Shown here: piece by piece, positions 1 to 12,894 of the stretch
How positions within the stretch are numbered: position 1 is the first letter of the stretch
Layout of the letters: the number at the start of each line of letters is the position of its first letter
Assembly (NCBI RefSeq): GCF_006345805.1
Contig: NC_043003.1
Coordinates: 60,574,001-60,638,000 of the forward strand
Source: Octopus sinensis
Taxonomy: Eukaryota
Reading direction: 5' to 3'
DNA: 64,000 nt
Notes under the pieces: generated by a model
What the model was told of the DNA's origin: nothing
Databases searched by the model: none
The model's input: the letters and a program-made list of their open reading frames with translations, nothing else
Position numbers and translations under genes: made by a program

Positions 1-36
1 CACAGACATGTCACATGTACACACCTCGGCGCTTAT

Positions 37-70
<34 letters not shown>

Positions 71-775
71 ACACACACTCACACACACACATACACACAC
101 AGGGGTGGGGCATGCATAGGCATAAACGCAAATGATTTAAACAATTTATCGAATTTAGACTAAGATAAACTGACGAGTTTTTATCATAGTCTAACAGTGC
201 TTTGCTTTTCTTTAACAAAGGTAAAACCTTTAATGGATATTATGAAAACATACACGAAAAGAGATAAGGTAAAAAAATAAACGTGCAAACTGATTATGTT
301 TATCAATTAAGTTAATACACTTAAACAACAAACCGGTTAATGAAAAACGAATAAAGAGATATATACATACATATATACATAGAAACATGTATATATATGT
401 GTGTGTGTGTGGTGTTCATGTATGCGCGTTTGTGATTTTTCAGAGTTCAAGATAGCTCACCCAAATAAATATTTCTCCAAATAAGATGATTACCATAAGG
501 CGCTTATTGCAACAAGGATCTGATACAATCAGACCTGCTATGGAAGTTCTATCACATCAATTGCTTTCGGCTAGAAATTCTCTACCTTCTTCTACAATCC
601 CTAAGTAGCCATCTGCTTGGCAAAAGTTCTTAAATTTCAGCTAAGATGACCCAAGGCAAATATTAGTGTATTTAATTAATGGAAGCTAACTCTGTACGGC
701 ATTGCACGTATTCTGTGTGTATGTGTATGTGTGTGTATGTGTATGTGTATGTATGTGTATGTGTGTGTATGTGTA

Positions 776-813
<38 letters not shown>

Positions 814-944
814 TGAGAGAGAGGTTAGTAATAAGACTGAAATTGATGAAATCACGCACTAATATACATTCCTTCGTGTATTCCATGATCTGTTGTTCTG
901 CATAGTTGGTGCACATGTTGGAATTATTACAATTGATCTGTTGG

Positions 945-1146
945 CTGCTGCTGTGGTTGAGGAAGATGGTGATGATAATAGTGATGATGATGATGATGAT
1001 GATGAGGAGGAGGAGGAGGAGGAAGGTGATGATGATGATGATGATGATGACGACGACGATGATGATGATGATGGTGGTGGTGGTGGTGGTGGTGGTGATG
1101 ATGATGATCATGATGATGGTGGGGGGGTTGGTGGTGGTGGTGGTGG

Positions 1147-1184
<38 letters not shown>

Positions 1185-1446
1185 GTGATGATGGTGATGA
1201 TGATGAGGAGGAGGAGGAGGCGGAAGAGGAGGTGAAGGATGATGACCACGATGACGACGACGATGATGATGATGATAATGATGATGATTGTGATGAAGAC
1301 GACGACGACAACGATGTTGATCATGATCATAATGATGATGATGATGATGGCGATGAGAAAGACGTGGAAGAAGAGATAATGGAGGAGGAGGAGGGGATAT
1401 GGAGAGGGGAAACAAAAGTAGGATGTTGTTGTTGTTGCTGTTGTTG
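945..1446. repeat. Compound trinucleotide microsatellite mosaic (GAT/GGT/GAG/GAC/GTT)n
   Basis: Directly visible; generates the poly-D/E/G, poly-M/V and poly-H ORFs in the track. Confidence 0.95.
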
Positions 1447-2185
1447 TTTAATCCCAGGTCAGCCACGACTCCTCTAGATTCATCATCAAAGATATTCTCC
1501 CCAAGGCAACCGCCTCGTTTCAGTCCATCTTGAAATAAATTATACAATGTATCATTCTTCGCTTTTTAAGCCGTCAGGACGCAGTTTGAGGAAGATTTGA
1601 CTGCCATTGCCTGCATTGTCACCACAGAGAATTCTTTATTGACTTATCGTTCATGTTGTTGCTGTCTTTGCCATTGCTGCTGGTGTTGTTGCTGCTGCTG
1701 TTGTTGTTGTTGTTGTCACTGCTGCTGCTGTTATCGGTTGCTATGCAACCCTGATCAGCCCTGGTTGAACAGATCTATGGATCCATGGATTCAACGCTCC
1801 AGATATTCCTCTATATACGCTACAGGCGCTAGTGACTCACTCGTCTTACCTCTTCCTGTCATTCATATGGATTTCCTACAACCACAGTTGTAATCCCAAC
1901 CGCTATCATCGCAGCTCCCGCACGAACCATTGGCCCCAGTCATTTCTTTCCACTTTCTGGAGACTGGCTTTATCTTCCTCCTTTCCCATCCTCCTCTCTC
2001 TACCCCCCTCTCCCCTCTTTCCCCCCTTTCCCTCTTTCTCTGCCTATTGACTTGCAACTGTTATAAACAAGATCATTTACCACGTCACTTTGTTGACTGG
2101 ATTCGAAGAGTATATGTATCGAGATACCAATGTATATTTAGCCAATGATGATGATGTTTTCGATATATCAATGTATATTTAGCCA

Positions 2186-2402
2186 GAGGCTGTGTGGTAA
2201 GTAGCTTGCTTACCAGCCACATGGTTCCGGGTTCAGTCCCACTACGTGGCACCTTGGGTAAGTATCTTCTACTATAGCCTCGGGCCGACCAAAGCCTTGT
2301 GAGTGGATTTGGCAGACGGAAACTGAAAGAGGCCCGTCGTATATATGTGTATGTATATATATATATATTATATAATAATATATATATAATATATATATAT
2401 AT

Positions 2403-2440
<38 letters not shown>

Positions 2441-2718
2441 GTATGTATGTATGTATGTATGTATGTATGTATGTATGTATGTATGTGTGCATGTGTTTGT
2501 GTGCCTGTCTTTGTCCCCCCACCCCCCAACATCGCTTGACAACCGATGCTGGTGTATTTACGTCCCCCGTAACTTAGCGGTTCAGCAAAAAAAATATGAC
2601 CGATAGAATAAGTACTAGGCTTACAAAGAATAAATCCTGGGCTCGATTTGCTTGAACTAAAGGCGGTGCTCCAGCATGGCCACTGTCAAACGACTGAAAC
2701 AAATAAAAGAGTAAAAGA
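2186..2718 (+). mobile_element. tRNA-derived CORE-type SINE 'family A', full length with internal (TA)n(TGTA)n tract
   Basis: Head GGCTGTGTGGTAAG...GGTTCAGTCCC (A/B-box-like), CORE-like CACCTTGGGTAAGT, microsatellite 2341-2490, 3' part ending GGCGGTGCTCCAGCATGGCC...TGAAACAAATAAAAGAG; over 10 homologous copies in the window. Confidence 0.9.
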
Positions 2719-3524
2719 ATGATGATGATGTGTTCGATATATCACAGTATATTGATATAACGATATATCAATGTATATTTAGCCAATGAGCTGGTTTGTG
2801 TAGCTTGTTATAATGTATTCTAAAGACGTTAGGGATTTGACGAGAAAGATAAACTCCATATTGGAACAAATATATTGTTTTTGTAAATGCATTGTAGATT
2901 CTTAATGACGGGCACGTATTGTTTAGCTCCGGGTCATCTCTGCTCGAGCGGATCTATTATTTAAAGCTTTCTAACTCTACCGCATCTTGTTTTTCATATG
3001 TAGCGTCATCCAAATTATCTAACACGCCTTTTCTTCATTGAAATGGAGGGTAGGAATTATCTGTTTAATTTTATATAAAAATTCTTGAACAAAACGGTCG
3101 TTGGTTACAGGTTTCTAACTGGCCTATCACTGCTTCACCGTATTTCTAACAGCAAGAGTGACAAAGGAGTGTCTGGAACTCGATGTGAAACAAATATCTC
3201 GAGGGATTTTATTTATAGGCATACATTTGACGCAAAGGTGAATCTTCGAATTATCATATAAAAATGTAAGTTAATATCTTTATTTTGGAGCATAAGAAGT
3301 ATGACCACGGGACAGACAGGTGTCCGACGCTTCGGCATTTTTGACAAACAGTAGATTCTATCAATGGTTTTTATATGCTAAATGAGAAAGGGTTGCCAGC
3401 GTTATGCTATTTGAAAAAGGGTTTTGCTGATAATGTTATTTTCGTAGTTTAACCTTAAGTTTTCTCTGATCGAGCCGACATATAATCAAAAGTATTCCAG
3501 CTATGACCATCCAGTTTATTTCTT

Positions 3525-3862
3525 TCTTTCCTTCTTTCTTTTTTCTTTCCTTCCTCCTTTTTTCTTTCCTTCTTTTTTCTTTCTTCTTTCTTTCTTTCTT
3601 CTTTCCTTCTTTCTTTCCTTCTTTTTCCTTCCTTCTTTATTTCCTGCCTTCTTTCTTTCCTTCCTTTTTCTTCCCTTCTTTACTTCCTTATTTCTTTCTT
3701 TCTTTCCTTCCTTCCTTGTTTCTTTCCTTCTTTCTATCCCTCCTCCCTTCTTTATTTCTTTCCTTCTTTCTTTCCTTCCTTCCTTCCTTCTTTCTTTCTT
3801 TCTTTCTTTCTTTCTTGCCTTGTTTCCTTATTTCCTTATTTTGTTTGTTTGTTTGTTTCTTT
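3525..3862. repeat. Polypyrimidine (CTTT/CTTC)n low-complexity tract
   Basis: Directly visible. Confidence 0.9.
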
Positions 3863-4320
3863 TCTTTTTCGTTCTTTTTTTTTGGGGGGGTGGGGGTCAG
3901 ACACACACTACTTAGGATTATATTATCTCATGTGCTCTTACTTTTCAACACATTTTTGGTGTGATTTTGACAACTCTTTTTGGCAGGTGAGCGACCACAG
4001 AGAGGCTAACTCACTTGGTCCATTGAGGAGTCTACATGATGTCTTTACGCCATTTGTTCTGAGAGAATGAGAGAGAGAGAGAGAAAGAGAGATTTTGAAT
4101 CGCTTCAGTACAGTAATAAATGCATAAATCAGAGGCCCTTGCTGTAAACAATGTCTCTTCAAGTCTCACTGAAGCTGATTTCTTCCAAGAAGGCAGCCGG
4201 ACACATGCCCACTACAGAATCGGTACTTTATTTTTGAACCTGAAGCATAAAATAAAATGTTGACTCAGCTTATTTGAACTCGGAGTGCCCGAATTATGAG
4301 CTCAAAACAGTTTATCCGAT

Positions 4321-4566
4321 GAGTAAAGATTATTTGCCAATATAACATGGCAGTTCTGATTTAGGGCGAATATTGCTGTAATTTAGCTCCAAGAGACATC
4401 GTCTCCATCTGGTTATAACACAATTTGTGTCCTTATATGTTCGAAAATATAAGGACACAGATTGCGTCGTATAGCCAACTGGAGACGATGCCTCCTGGGG
4501 CTAAATTACAGCAACACTCGTCCTGAACTAGGACTGCCAAGTTATATTAGCAAATAATCTTTACTC
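4321..4566. mobile_element. Spacer-less foldback/palindromic element (MITE-like, superfamily unassigned)
   Basis: Arms 4321-4438 and 4447-4566 are reverse complements (about 101/118 matches plus a 2-nt indel); centre TTCGAA; ends GAGTAAAG...CTTTACTC. Confidence 0.75.
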
Positions 4567-4654
4567 TAGAGTACTGTTGCTGAATATCTATCTTTGAGAG
4601 ATTTACAAATAGCAATTTTCTAGTTTATCCGATGTTCTAACGATTCTGCCAACA

Positions 4655-4853
4655 GGTTTGCCCGTCCACCAAATCCACTCACAAGGGTTTAGTCGACTCG
4701 GGGTTAGAGTAGAAGAAACCCAACGTCGGACTGAGCCCATTTGGTCTCGAGTTCAATCCCACTGCATGAAACCTTGGGCGAGTGAGATCTACTAAAACCT
4801 CGGGCCGACCAAAGCCGACGGAAAGACGGAGACCGAAAGAAACCCGTCGTGTG

Positions 4854-4886
<33 letters not shown>

Positions 4887-5070
4887 TACTTTGTGTTTTG
4901 TCACCCACCAGCGCATGAAAACCGGTGCTGCTTTGTTTACGACCCCGTAATTAAGCATTTCGGCGAATAAGTACCAGATTTAAGACAATAAATGTACTGA
5001 GGTCTTTTTGTACGACTAAACCCTTCAGGGTGGTGCCCCAAAATGGCCGCATTTCAATGGCTGAGAAAGT
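4655..5070 (+). mobile_element. Diverged SINE family A (4745-5070, +) preceded by an inverted head fragment (4655-4725, -)
   Basis: CTCGGGCCGACCAAAGCC and AATAAGTACCAG...GGTGGTGCCCCAAAATGGCCGC on +; CCACCAAATCCACTCACAAGG is the reverse complement of the family A head. Confidence 0.75.
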
Positions 5071-5208
5071 AACACACACACATATGCATGTTTGTATGTA
5101 TATATATATATACATATATGTAAACAGAAAGAATAAAATCATTAAAAAATGAATGAATTTTATCAGTGTCCAGTATATCTATCTATATATATATATATAT
5201 AGATATAG

Positions 5209-5239
<31 letters not shown>

Positions 5240-5632
5240 TGTATGTATGTATGTACATATATATTATACGATTGACTCTCTCATCGTGTTCGATGCAGTG
5301 GGGGTGGGTGTGCAAAGAATTTTCTTTTTTTTTTCCTCCAAATTTTAGTGTTTGTGTCTCCGGTGAGACGCTAGACCAGATTTGTTTTACAAACCAGACC
5401 GCATCCTTCCCACGTTGAAAGAAAACTGCTTTCACATATATGTGTGTGTCGGGTATGCTTGGGTTTGCGCGCATGTGTGTGTGTATGTATATATGTATGT
5501 ATGTATATATATATATATATATATGTAGAGAGAGAGAGAGAGACCTGCAGATATATATATATATATTATATATACGTGCATACATAAATACCTATATACA
5601 TACATACACATAAATATATATGTCATTTACAG

Positions 5633-5671
<39 letters not shown>

Positions 5672-5717
5672 CCATATTACCAGAAAGAGAGTGATAGAAT
5701 GGAGAGAGAGAGGGGGA

Positions 5718-5780
<63 letters not shown>

Positions 5781-5991
5781 CGATGTATTGTTGCTTTTAG
5801 TCTCTAAGATTTAAAATATTATTTAAAGTTCAAATTAACAAGTGAAAAAGTTACCTTTAACAAAAACTCTTGAACGTTGTTTTAGTTTTGTTTTTGCTTA
5901 TGTTTTGGAGTTTTCGTTCATTCTTTTCTTCTTCTCTTTTCTATTTTTTCCCCGTTTTCTTTTGCACTATAATTGTCTGAGTGTTTCTCAT

Positions 5992-6006
5992 CGCCATCTA
6001 GCGGCA
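5992..6006 (+). promoter_or_regulatory. CTCF-like binding motif
   Basis: CGCCATCTAGCGGCA matches the bilaterian CTCF core and lies in non-repetitive sequence. Confidence 0.4.
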
Positions 6007-6969
6007 GTGATGCAATAACAAATCCAGAGATGATGAAAACAATAAGAAGAGTGTTGAAGGAAAGAAAGAGCGAATAACACGGAAGCAAATTAACCGCAAG
6101 GATTCGTTTTCAATAAAAACAAGTGAGGCAGAAAATAAATGGTGTGTTTAGGGTGTTTCATAAAATATTCAGTATCAATGCTTCCTTAAAATAGCAAGGT
6201 GTAACTGCCAGACTATCAGCTTCTTGTTTCAATTAGTGCTTGAACGAGGCTACCGTGACTAAGTGCTTGTATTTCTGACTGGGTTTAGCTCGCTACTTCT
6301 CCAAGTGTTATTCAGCAATCATGCTCCGGTTTTGATTTACCGATACGGACGATATAGACTAACGTTCTGAACAAACATTTTCCATTCAGAACTTCATTAT
6401 TGTAAAGAGCTGCACCACGAAACACAAAAGAGGATTTTTCCCTCGCGATTGTTATTGCGAGAAAAAGGGAGGACGAATAGAGAGCAAGAAAGAAAAAAAG
6501 AAAGAATGGGGAAAGAGGAAAAGAAAAGTGAAAGGCAATGGATAAATGGGACGGAAAAGAAGGTGGAAAAAAGAAATAATTCGAGGTAAAAGACAAAGAG
6601 ACAGAAAGGGCCAATGACAGACAGTAAAACGAAATGGGGGAGATAAATGAAAGAAAGAGAGATGGTGAGGAGAAACTCTCGTCGCCAAAGCCGTGAAATA
6701 TTACTTTCAAACGCGATATTAATTGATTATCTATTGAGTAGAAGAGAAAGTGGAGGAGGTATAGTTATTAACGAATGAGAGGAGGAGAAGCGGGAAAAGA
6801 AAAGAAAAGAGAAGCAAAGAAAAGAAAAGAGAAGAAAAGAAAAGAGAAGCAAAGAAAAGAAAAGAGAAGAAAAGAAAAGAGATGGTAGGGGTGAAATGTT
6901 ATTCACCGAGGCTGTTTATTTGTATCTTGAATGGCATGGAAAGAAGCGGTGTATTTAGGGTGCAGAAAA

Positions 6970-7104
6970 TATTATTATTATTATTATTATTTTATTATTA
7001 TTATTATCATCATCATCATTATTATTATCCTTATTATTTTTATTATTATTATTATTATTATTATTTTATTATTATTATCATTATTATTATCATTATTATT
7101 TTTA

Positions 7105-7150
<46 letters not shown>

Positions 7151-7207
7151 CATTTTATCATTATTATTATCATTATTATTTTATTATTATTATCATTATT
7201 ATTAGTA

Positions 7208-7238
<31 letters not shown>

Positions 7239-7383
7239 CATTATTATCATTATTATTATCATTATTTTATTATTATTATCATTATTATTAGTATCATTAT
7301 TATTATTATCATTATTATCATTATTATTTTTTTTATTATTATCATTATTATCATTATTATTATTATTATTATCATTATTATTA

Positions 7384-7420
<37 letters not shown>

Positions 7421-7626
7421 CATTATTATTATTATCATTATCATTATTATTATCATTATTATTATCATTATTATTAGTATCATTATTATTATTATCATTA
7501 TTATTATTATCATTATTATCATTATTATTTTTATTATTATCATTTATTATCATATTATTATTATTATTATCATTATTATTATTATTATTATCATTATTAT
7601 TATTATCATTATCATTATTATTATCA

Positions 7627-7706
<80 letters not shown>

Positions 7707-7730
7707 GTTATTACTATTATTATTATTTAT
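6970..7730. repeat. (ATT)n/(ATC)n compound microsatellite, about 760 bp
   Basis: Directly visible. Confidence 0.97.
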
Positions 7731-8504
7731 GGGGTAAAATCAGTCTGAAAAACTGAAAGTCGTCAGCTGAGCTGCTTTGCTTATTCGGTCTCTAATGCCA
7801 GGTTTTATCCGAATCATCTGAAAAACAAAATGTCGGAGAACATGAAGAGTGCCCTAAAAGAGTTCAGTTGTTGAAGCCTATGAAATGATGCTAAAAAAAG
7901 GAAAACAAGGTATAAGGGGTTGGAGGTTTAAAAAATATGACATATTCACAAGAGCAGGAGAGAAAAGGGATTTTATGATAAACCCTGGACAAATTTAGAG
8001 CATTAATTCCAAGAGTTTATGTTAATACAATGCATCGGACACAATCCGATTCCGAGGTTGTTATTGTGTTGTATAGTTATAGAAAGCTATTCCGAGTGTC
8101 ATTACCCTACCCCTATCAGGTACCCTTAATGAACTTTCGTCTACGGTTTCAGTTTTGTTGTTGTAGTTGTTATTGTTGCCGTTCTTGTGTTAATTGTGGC
8201 TTATTATCATTGGCTTCAAGTAGTCTTCCATATCATGTCATCGTTATTCATTGCCAAGCCATTGTAGGATTATTTACTTTCTTTCGTTTTCTCTTTTACT
8301 CTTTATTATGGTGGTGGTGGTGGTGGTGGTGGTGGTGGTGGTGGTGATGGGGAGATTATTACACGAGTTATTGTTGTAGGTGTTGTTTATATATATATAT
8401 ATTTTATTGTTGTAGGTGTTGTTTTTAGGAGTTGTAGTTGTTGCTGCTGTTGTTATTGTAGTCGATTTTTTTGTTGTTGATCATATTGTTATAGTTGCAA
8501 TTTT

Positions 8505-9075
<571 letters not shown>

Positions 9076-9584
9076 ATTTTCAATATTGTTTGTAGTAAAA
9101 GTGTAGTAAAAATTCTATAATTTTTCGTTTTGGGAAACTTTTCTTTCTCCTTTATCATTCTCCTTACCAAACCCTCTATAACTGGACTGTGTTCTTTTGT
9201 TTTTTTGTTTTCATTGTTTTATTTTTTGTATTCATATTGTTTAATTTTTTTCCTTCTTTACTATTTCCATTGCTGTTGTTGCCGTGTTGCTTTTCTCAAG
9301 TTTCTTTGTCGCTGTCGTTGCTTAATTATTGTCGCTGCTGCTGTTGTACTCATTAAATTCATATTTATTTCATATTTTAATATATCTCGAGTGGTGGGGT
9401 CATCACACCACTAATAAACACATGCACTGATTCTATATCACTTCTTTTTTATATTATTAATCAATTGGTAAACATTTAACCAATTAAACTAATCGATAAT
9501 TTCATTAATCGATCGGCCAGTCAATTAATTAGCTAAGTTTGTCAAATCCCTTTCATCGTCAATCACAAAGAACCACTACGAAAC

Positions 9585-9834
9585 GAATCCAGGTAAAAAA
9601 AAAAAGACAAGAAAAACAGCCACGGTAATAAAGTCGCAGGAAAAAAGTCACAGGGGTTTTAACCGGGATTGTTGGTGTCCGAGGGGGTTTTGTACGAGTC
9701 CCATAAATTAATTCTGACTTTTTTCTTGTGATTTTATTACAGGCCACCATAAATTAATTGTAACACTTTTCCTGTGACATTTTTTCCTAGCCAAATTTGT
9801 GACTTTATTTATTTATTTTTTTTCCTGTGAACTC
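9585..9834. mobile_element. Non-autonomous DNA-transposon-like element with subterminal GTCACAGGAAAAAA-type repeats (MULE-like, tentative)
   Basis: CAGGAAAAAAGTCACAGG on the left and TTTTCCTGTGAC / TTTTTCCTGTGAACTC on the right; the internal part is homologous to 12535-12621. Confidence 0.5.
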
Positions 9835-9976
9835 CAATACAGCAGTAATAACTGTTTCGAGCATAGGAACGAGGTATAAAATTTGTGGCGAGGAGACAAG
9901 TCGATTTAGTCTTAATCCAAAACTTGACTGGTACTTTATTTATCGACCCCATCCTATCATTTTATTTTCAGATCGA

Positions 9977-10413
9977 GCACCATCCGAGCATGATCGTTGC
10001 CAGAGCAGCCAACTGGCTTCCGTGCCGGTAGCACGTAAAAAGCACCATTCGAGCGTGATCGTTACCAGCGTCGCCTTACTGGCACTTGTGCCGGTGGCAC
10101 GTGAAAAAACATTCGAGGTAGGTCGTTGCCAGTGCCGCTGGACTGGCTCCTGTGCAGGTGGCACGTAAAAAACACCATTTGAGCGTGGCCGCTGCCAGTA
10201 CCGCCTGACTGGCCCTCTTGCCGGTCGCATGTAAAAGCACCTACTACACTCTCGGAGTGGTTGGCGTTAGGAAAGGCATCCATCTGTAGAAACTCTGCCA
10301 GATCAAGATTGGAGTCTGGTGCAGCCATCTGGTTCGCCAGTTCTCAGTCAAATCGTCCAACCCATGCTAGCATGGAAAGCGGACGTTAAACGATGATGAT
10401 GATGATGATGATG
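9977..10413 (+). mobile_element. RTE-dependent bipartite non-autonomous element: four 65-bp tandem units, an RTE-UTR-like domain and a (GAT)n tail
   Basis: Units start at 9977, 10042, about 10107 and 10172; GGTTGGCGTTAGGAAAGGCATCC domain; 3' end CCCATGCTAGCATGGAAAGCGGACGTTAAAC(GAT)n. Confidence 0.75.
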
Positions 10414-11204
10414 TATCCAATACTACATTATCCAGAGTCATTTTAATTTTCGTTTAGAGAGATTTAGCTGCTATTTCTAGTATGTAGAGCAGCCACTTAG
10501 ATGTTCCACTGTTTCTAGTTTCAGTTGTTATTGTGGGTGTTATCAGAGTTTGTTATTACTGTTAATATTACCTTTGTGTCGGTTATAAAACTTATCTTTA
10601 ACATTGTTCTGTATTTTTATTATTACTATTGTTGAAAAAAAATTATCATTCCGTCATGTGTTCGGGCCCTGAGGCTGTGGCCATGCTGGGGCACCACCTT
10701 TATTGAAAACTATCGCGTTTTTCTTGTTTCCTTCTTTCTTCATATCTCTTTCTCTTCCTATTTCCTTATCTTTCACGGTTTTCTGGCTTTCTCTCTTCAC
10801 CCTCTCTTTTGTTTTTTATTCTCTATCTTCATTTCCCCATCTCTCTCTCTCTCTCTTAATTCCTCTCTCTCACTCTCTCTTTCATACACACACATACACA
10901 CTCATACCCAAAAGCACACCTCTCTCTCTCGTTTTCTTTCACTTATTTACTGTCTTTTGTTCTTTGAGTTTCGCTTCCTAGATCTCAAACCCTCTCTCCC
11001 TCTCTCTCTCTCTTACTCTATCTGCTTCTCTCGCTCTCTCTCTATATATATATATTTATCTATCTCTCTTTCTCTCTCTCTTTCTCTTTATCTTTCACTT
11101 TGTCCTTCTTTCGTCTGTTATCTATATTTCACAATATTCATTCACCGTCTCCCCGTTTCTTTTCACCTTTCTTTACCCCACTCATCAAATTGTTATCGAA
11201 ACAA

Positions 11205-11208
11205 TTGT

Positions 11209-11264
<56 letters not shown>

Positions 11265-11502
11265 TAATGATATAAAGATGATGATGATGATAATAACAAT
11301 GATAATAATAATAATAATAATCACAACTGACATGGTGCTCGCCACCACCACCACCACCACCACACCACCACACCACTACCACCACCACTACTTCTAATAC
11401 TATAATGATATAAGGAAATGATGATGATGATAATAATAATAATCACAACTGACATGGTGCTCACCACCACACCACCACCACTACCACCACCACCACTACT
11501 AT

Positions 11503-11560
<58 letters not shown>

Positions 11561-11564
11561 TCTT

Positions 11565-11595
<31 letters not shown>

Positions 11596-11660
11596 CAGCC
11601 TCAGCACTACCACCGCTGCCGCCTCCACTGCCGCCGCCACGACAGCAGCTATCAGTGTCC
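11205..11660. repeat. (TAC)n/(CAC)n/(ATG)n microsatellite block with an internal tandem duplication of about 120 bp
   Basis: Unique 21-mer ATCACAACTGACATGGTGCTC at 11320-11340 and 11442-11462. Confidence 0.9.
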
Positions 11661-12335
11661 GTATTGCTGTTATTGTTAACCTCGAAGATGCACGTGCAAT
11701 GAAAACAAGTAAAAAAAAACTGAAACAAAAAAAATCAAAAAAGTTTAAAAAAACGTAAGAAAACAGATGTCAAAAAAAAAAAGAAAATGAGAACAAAAAA
11801 AAAGAATCAATAAAATTTTACTATTATCTTTCGATTAAATCATTTCCTTCGCTTCTTTCCTTCGAGAAGTGATAACTTTAAAACGATCGTTTAATTGGAG
11901 GAGACAAGTGAAGCAGCGATGAACTAAAGCAGCGAAACAGCTATCAATTGAACGTCAAAGATTTCTGATGACTGGCCTTGAACTTTGTCTAGCCCTGGTC
12001 TGGATGGACATTACTGCTGCCTTGTAAATTGGTTCAACAAGCACGCTGACCATGTATGTAACGTCTCCTATGGTCATTACCGTATACCGCTATACACTTA
12101 ATAAAAAAAAAGCTCAATCTCTTGCTTCGCCATTTTCCAGACAATAAAGCAGCTTTTATTGTCTTATTTGGAACGATGTTGTTGTTGTTGTTGTTGTTGT
12201 TGGTTGGTGGTGGTGGTGGTGGTGGTGGTGGTGGTAGTGGTGGTGGTGGTGGTGAGCACCATGTCAGTTGTGATCGAGCAGACTAATGATCAAATGCGTT
12301 CCTACAATGAAACATGTATTCTAACAATTGTATTT

Positions 12336-12824
12336 AGGCGTGGCTGTGTGGTAAGTAGTTTGCTTACCAACCACATGGTTCCGGGTTCACTTCCCCTGAG
12401 TGGCTCCTTGGGCAAGTGTCTTCTACTATAGCCTTGGGGGCCGACCAAAGCCTTGTGAGTGAATTTGGTAGACGAAAACTGAAAGAAGCCCGTCGTATAT
12501 ATGTATGTATATGTGTATATAGTAAGTGTTTGTGGTTGGTGGTGTCCGAGGGGTTTTGTCCTGGTGGGTTTTGTGCGGATCCCATAAATTAATTGTGGCT
12601 TTTTTCCTGTGATGTTATTACACCAACATGTTTGTCCCCCCCCCCACATCATTTGAAAACCGATGCTGGTGTGTTTACGTCCCCGTAACTTAGCGGTTCC
12701 GCAAACAGACCGATAGACTAAGTACTAGGGTTACAAAGGATAAGTTCTGGGGGCGATTTGTTCGACTAAAGGCAGTGCTCCAGCATGGCCGCATTCAATT
12801 GACTGAAACAAATAAAAAAAAAAG
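12336..12824 (+). mobile_element. SINE family A with a foreign fragment (12535-12621) at the internal microsatellite
   Basis: Head, CORE-like segment and 3' part all match 2186-2718; the insert matches 9670-9745. Confidence 0.88.
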
Positions 12825-12894
12825 AATTTGAATGGCCCATCAAGCTATGTACTGGGAAATTCCATGTGTGTGTGTATGTGTATGTGTGTATGTA

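Noticed and set aside
440-660. Short open frames on both strands near the window start
   Set aside because: No recognisable homology and no consistent pair of splice sites.
686-1547. Long ORFs of poly-D/E, poly-H, poly-I/T and similar (also 6882-7737, 11185-11728, 37198-38151, 47948-48731, 59748-60257)
   Set aside because: They are translations of microsatellites; open frames arise because the repeat units lack stops.
2085-2522. Recurrent peptide RRASFSFRLPNPLTRLWSARGYSRRHLPKV in many ORFs
   Set aside because: It is the antisense translation of the SINE A head, not a multicopy protein.
9977-10236. 65-bp periodic array with hairpins as a CRISPR-like locus
   Set aside because: Units are contiguous and mutually homologous along their whole length (no unique spacers), there are no cas genes, and the array ends in a retroposon tail.
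11993-12053. Possible plus-strand exon PGLDGHYCCLVNWFNKHADH (Ig F-strand-like)
   Set aside because: Weak acceptor; alternative frames on both strands look equally protein-like; no further domain evidence.
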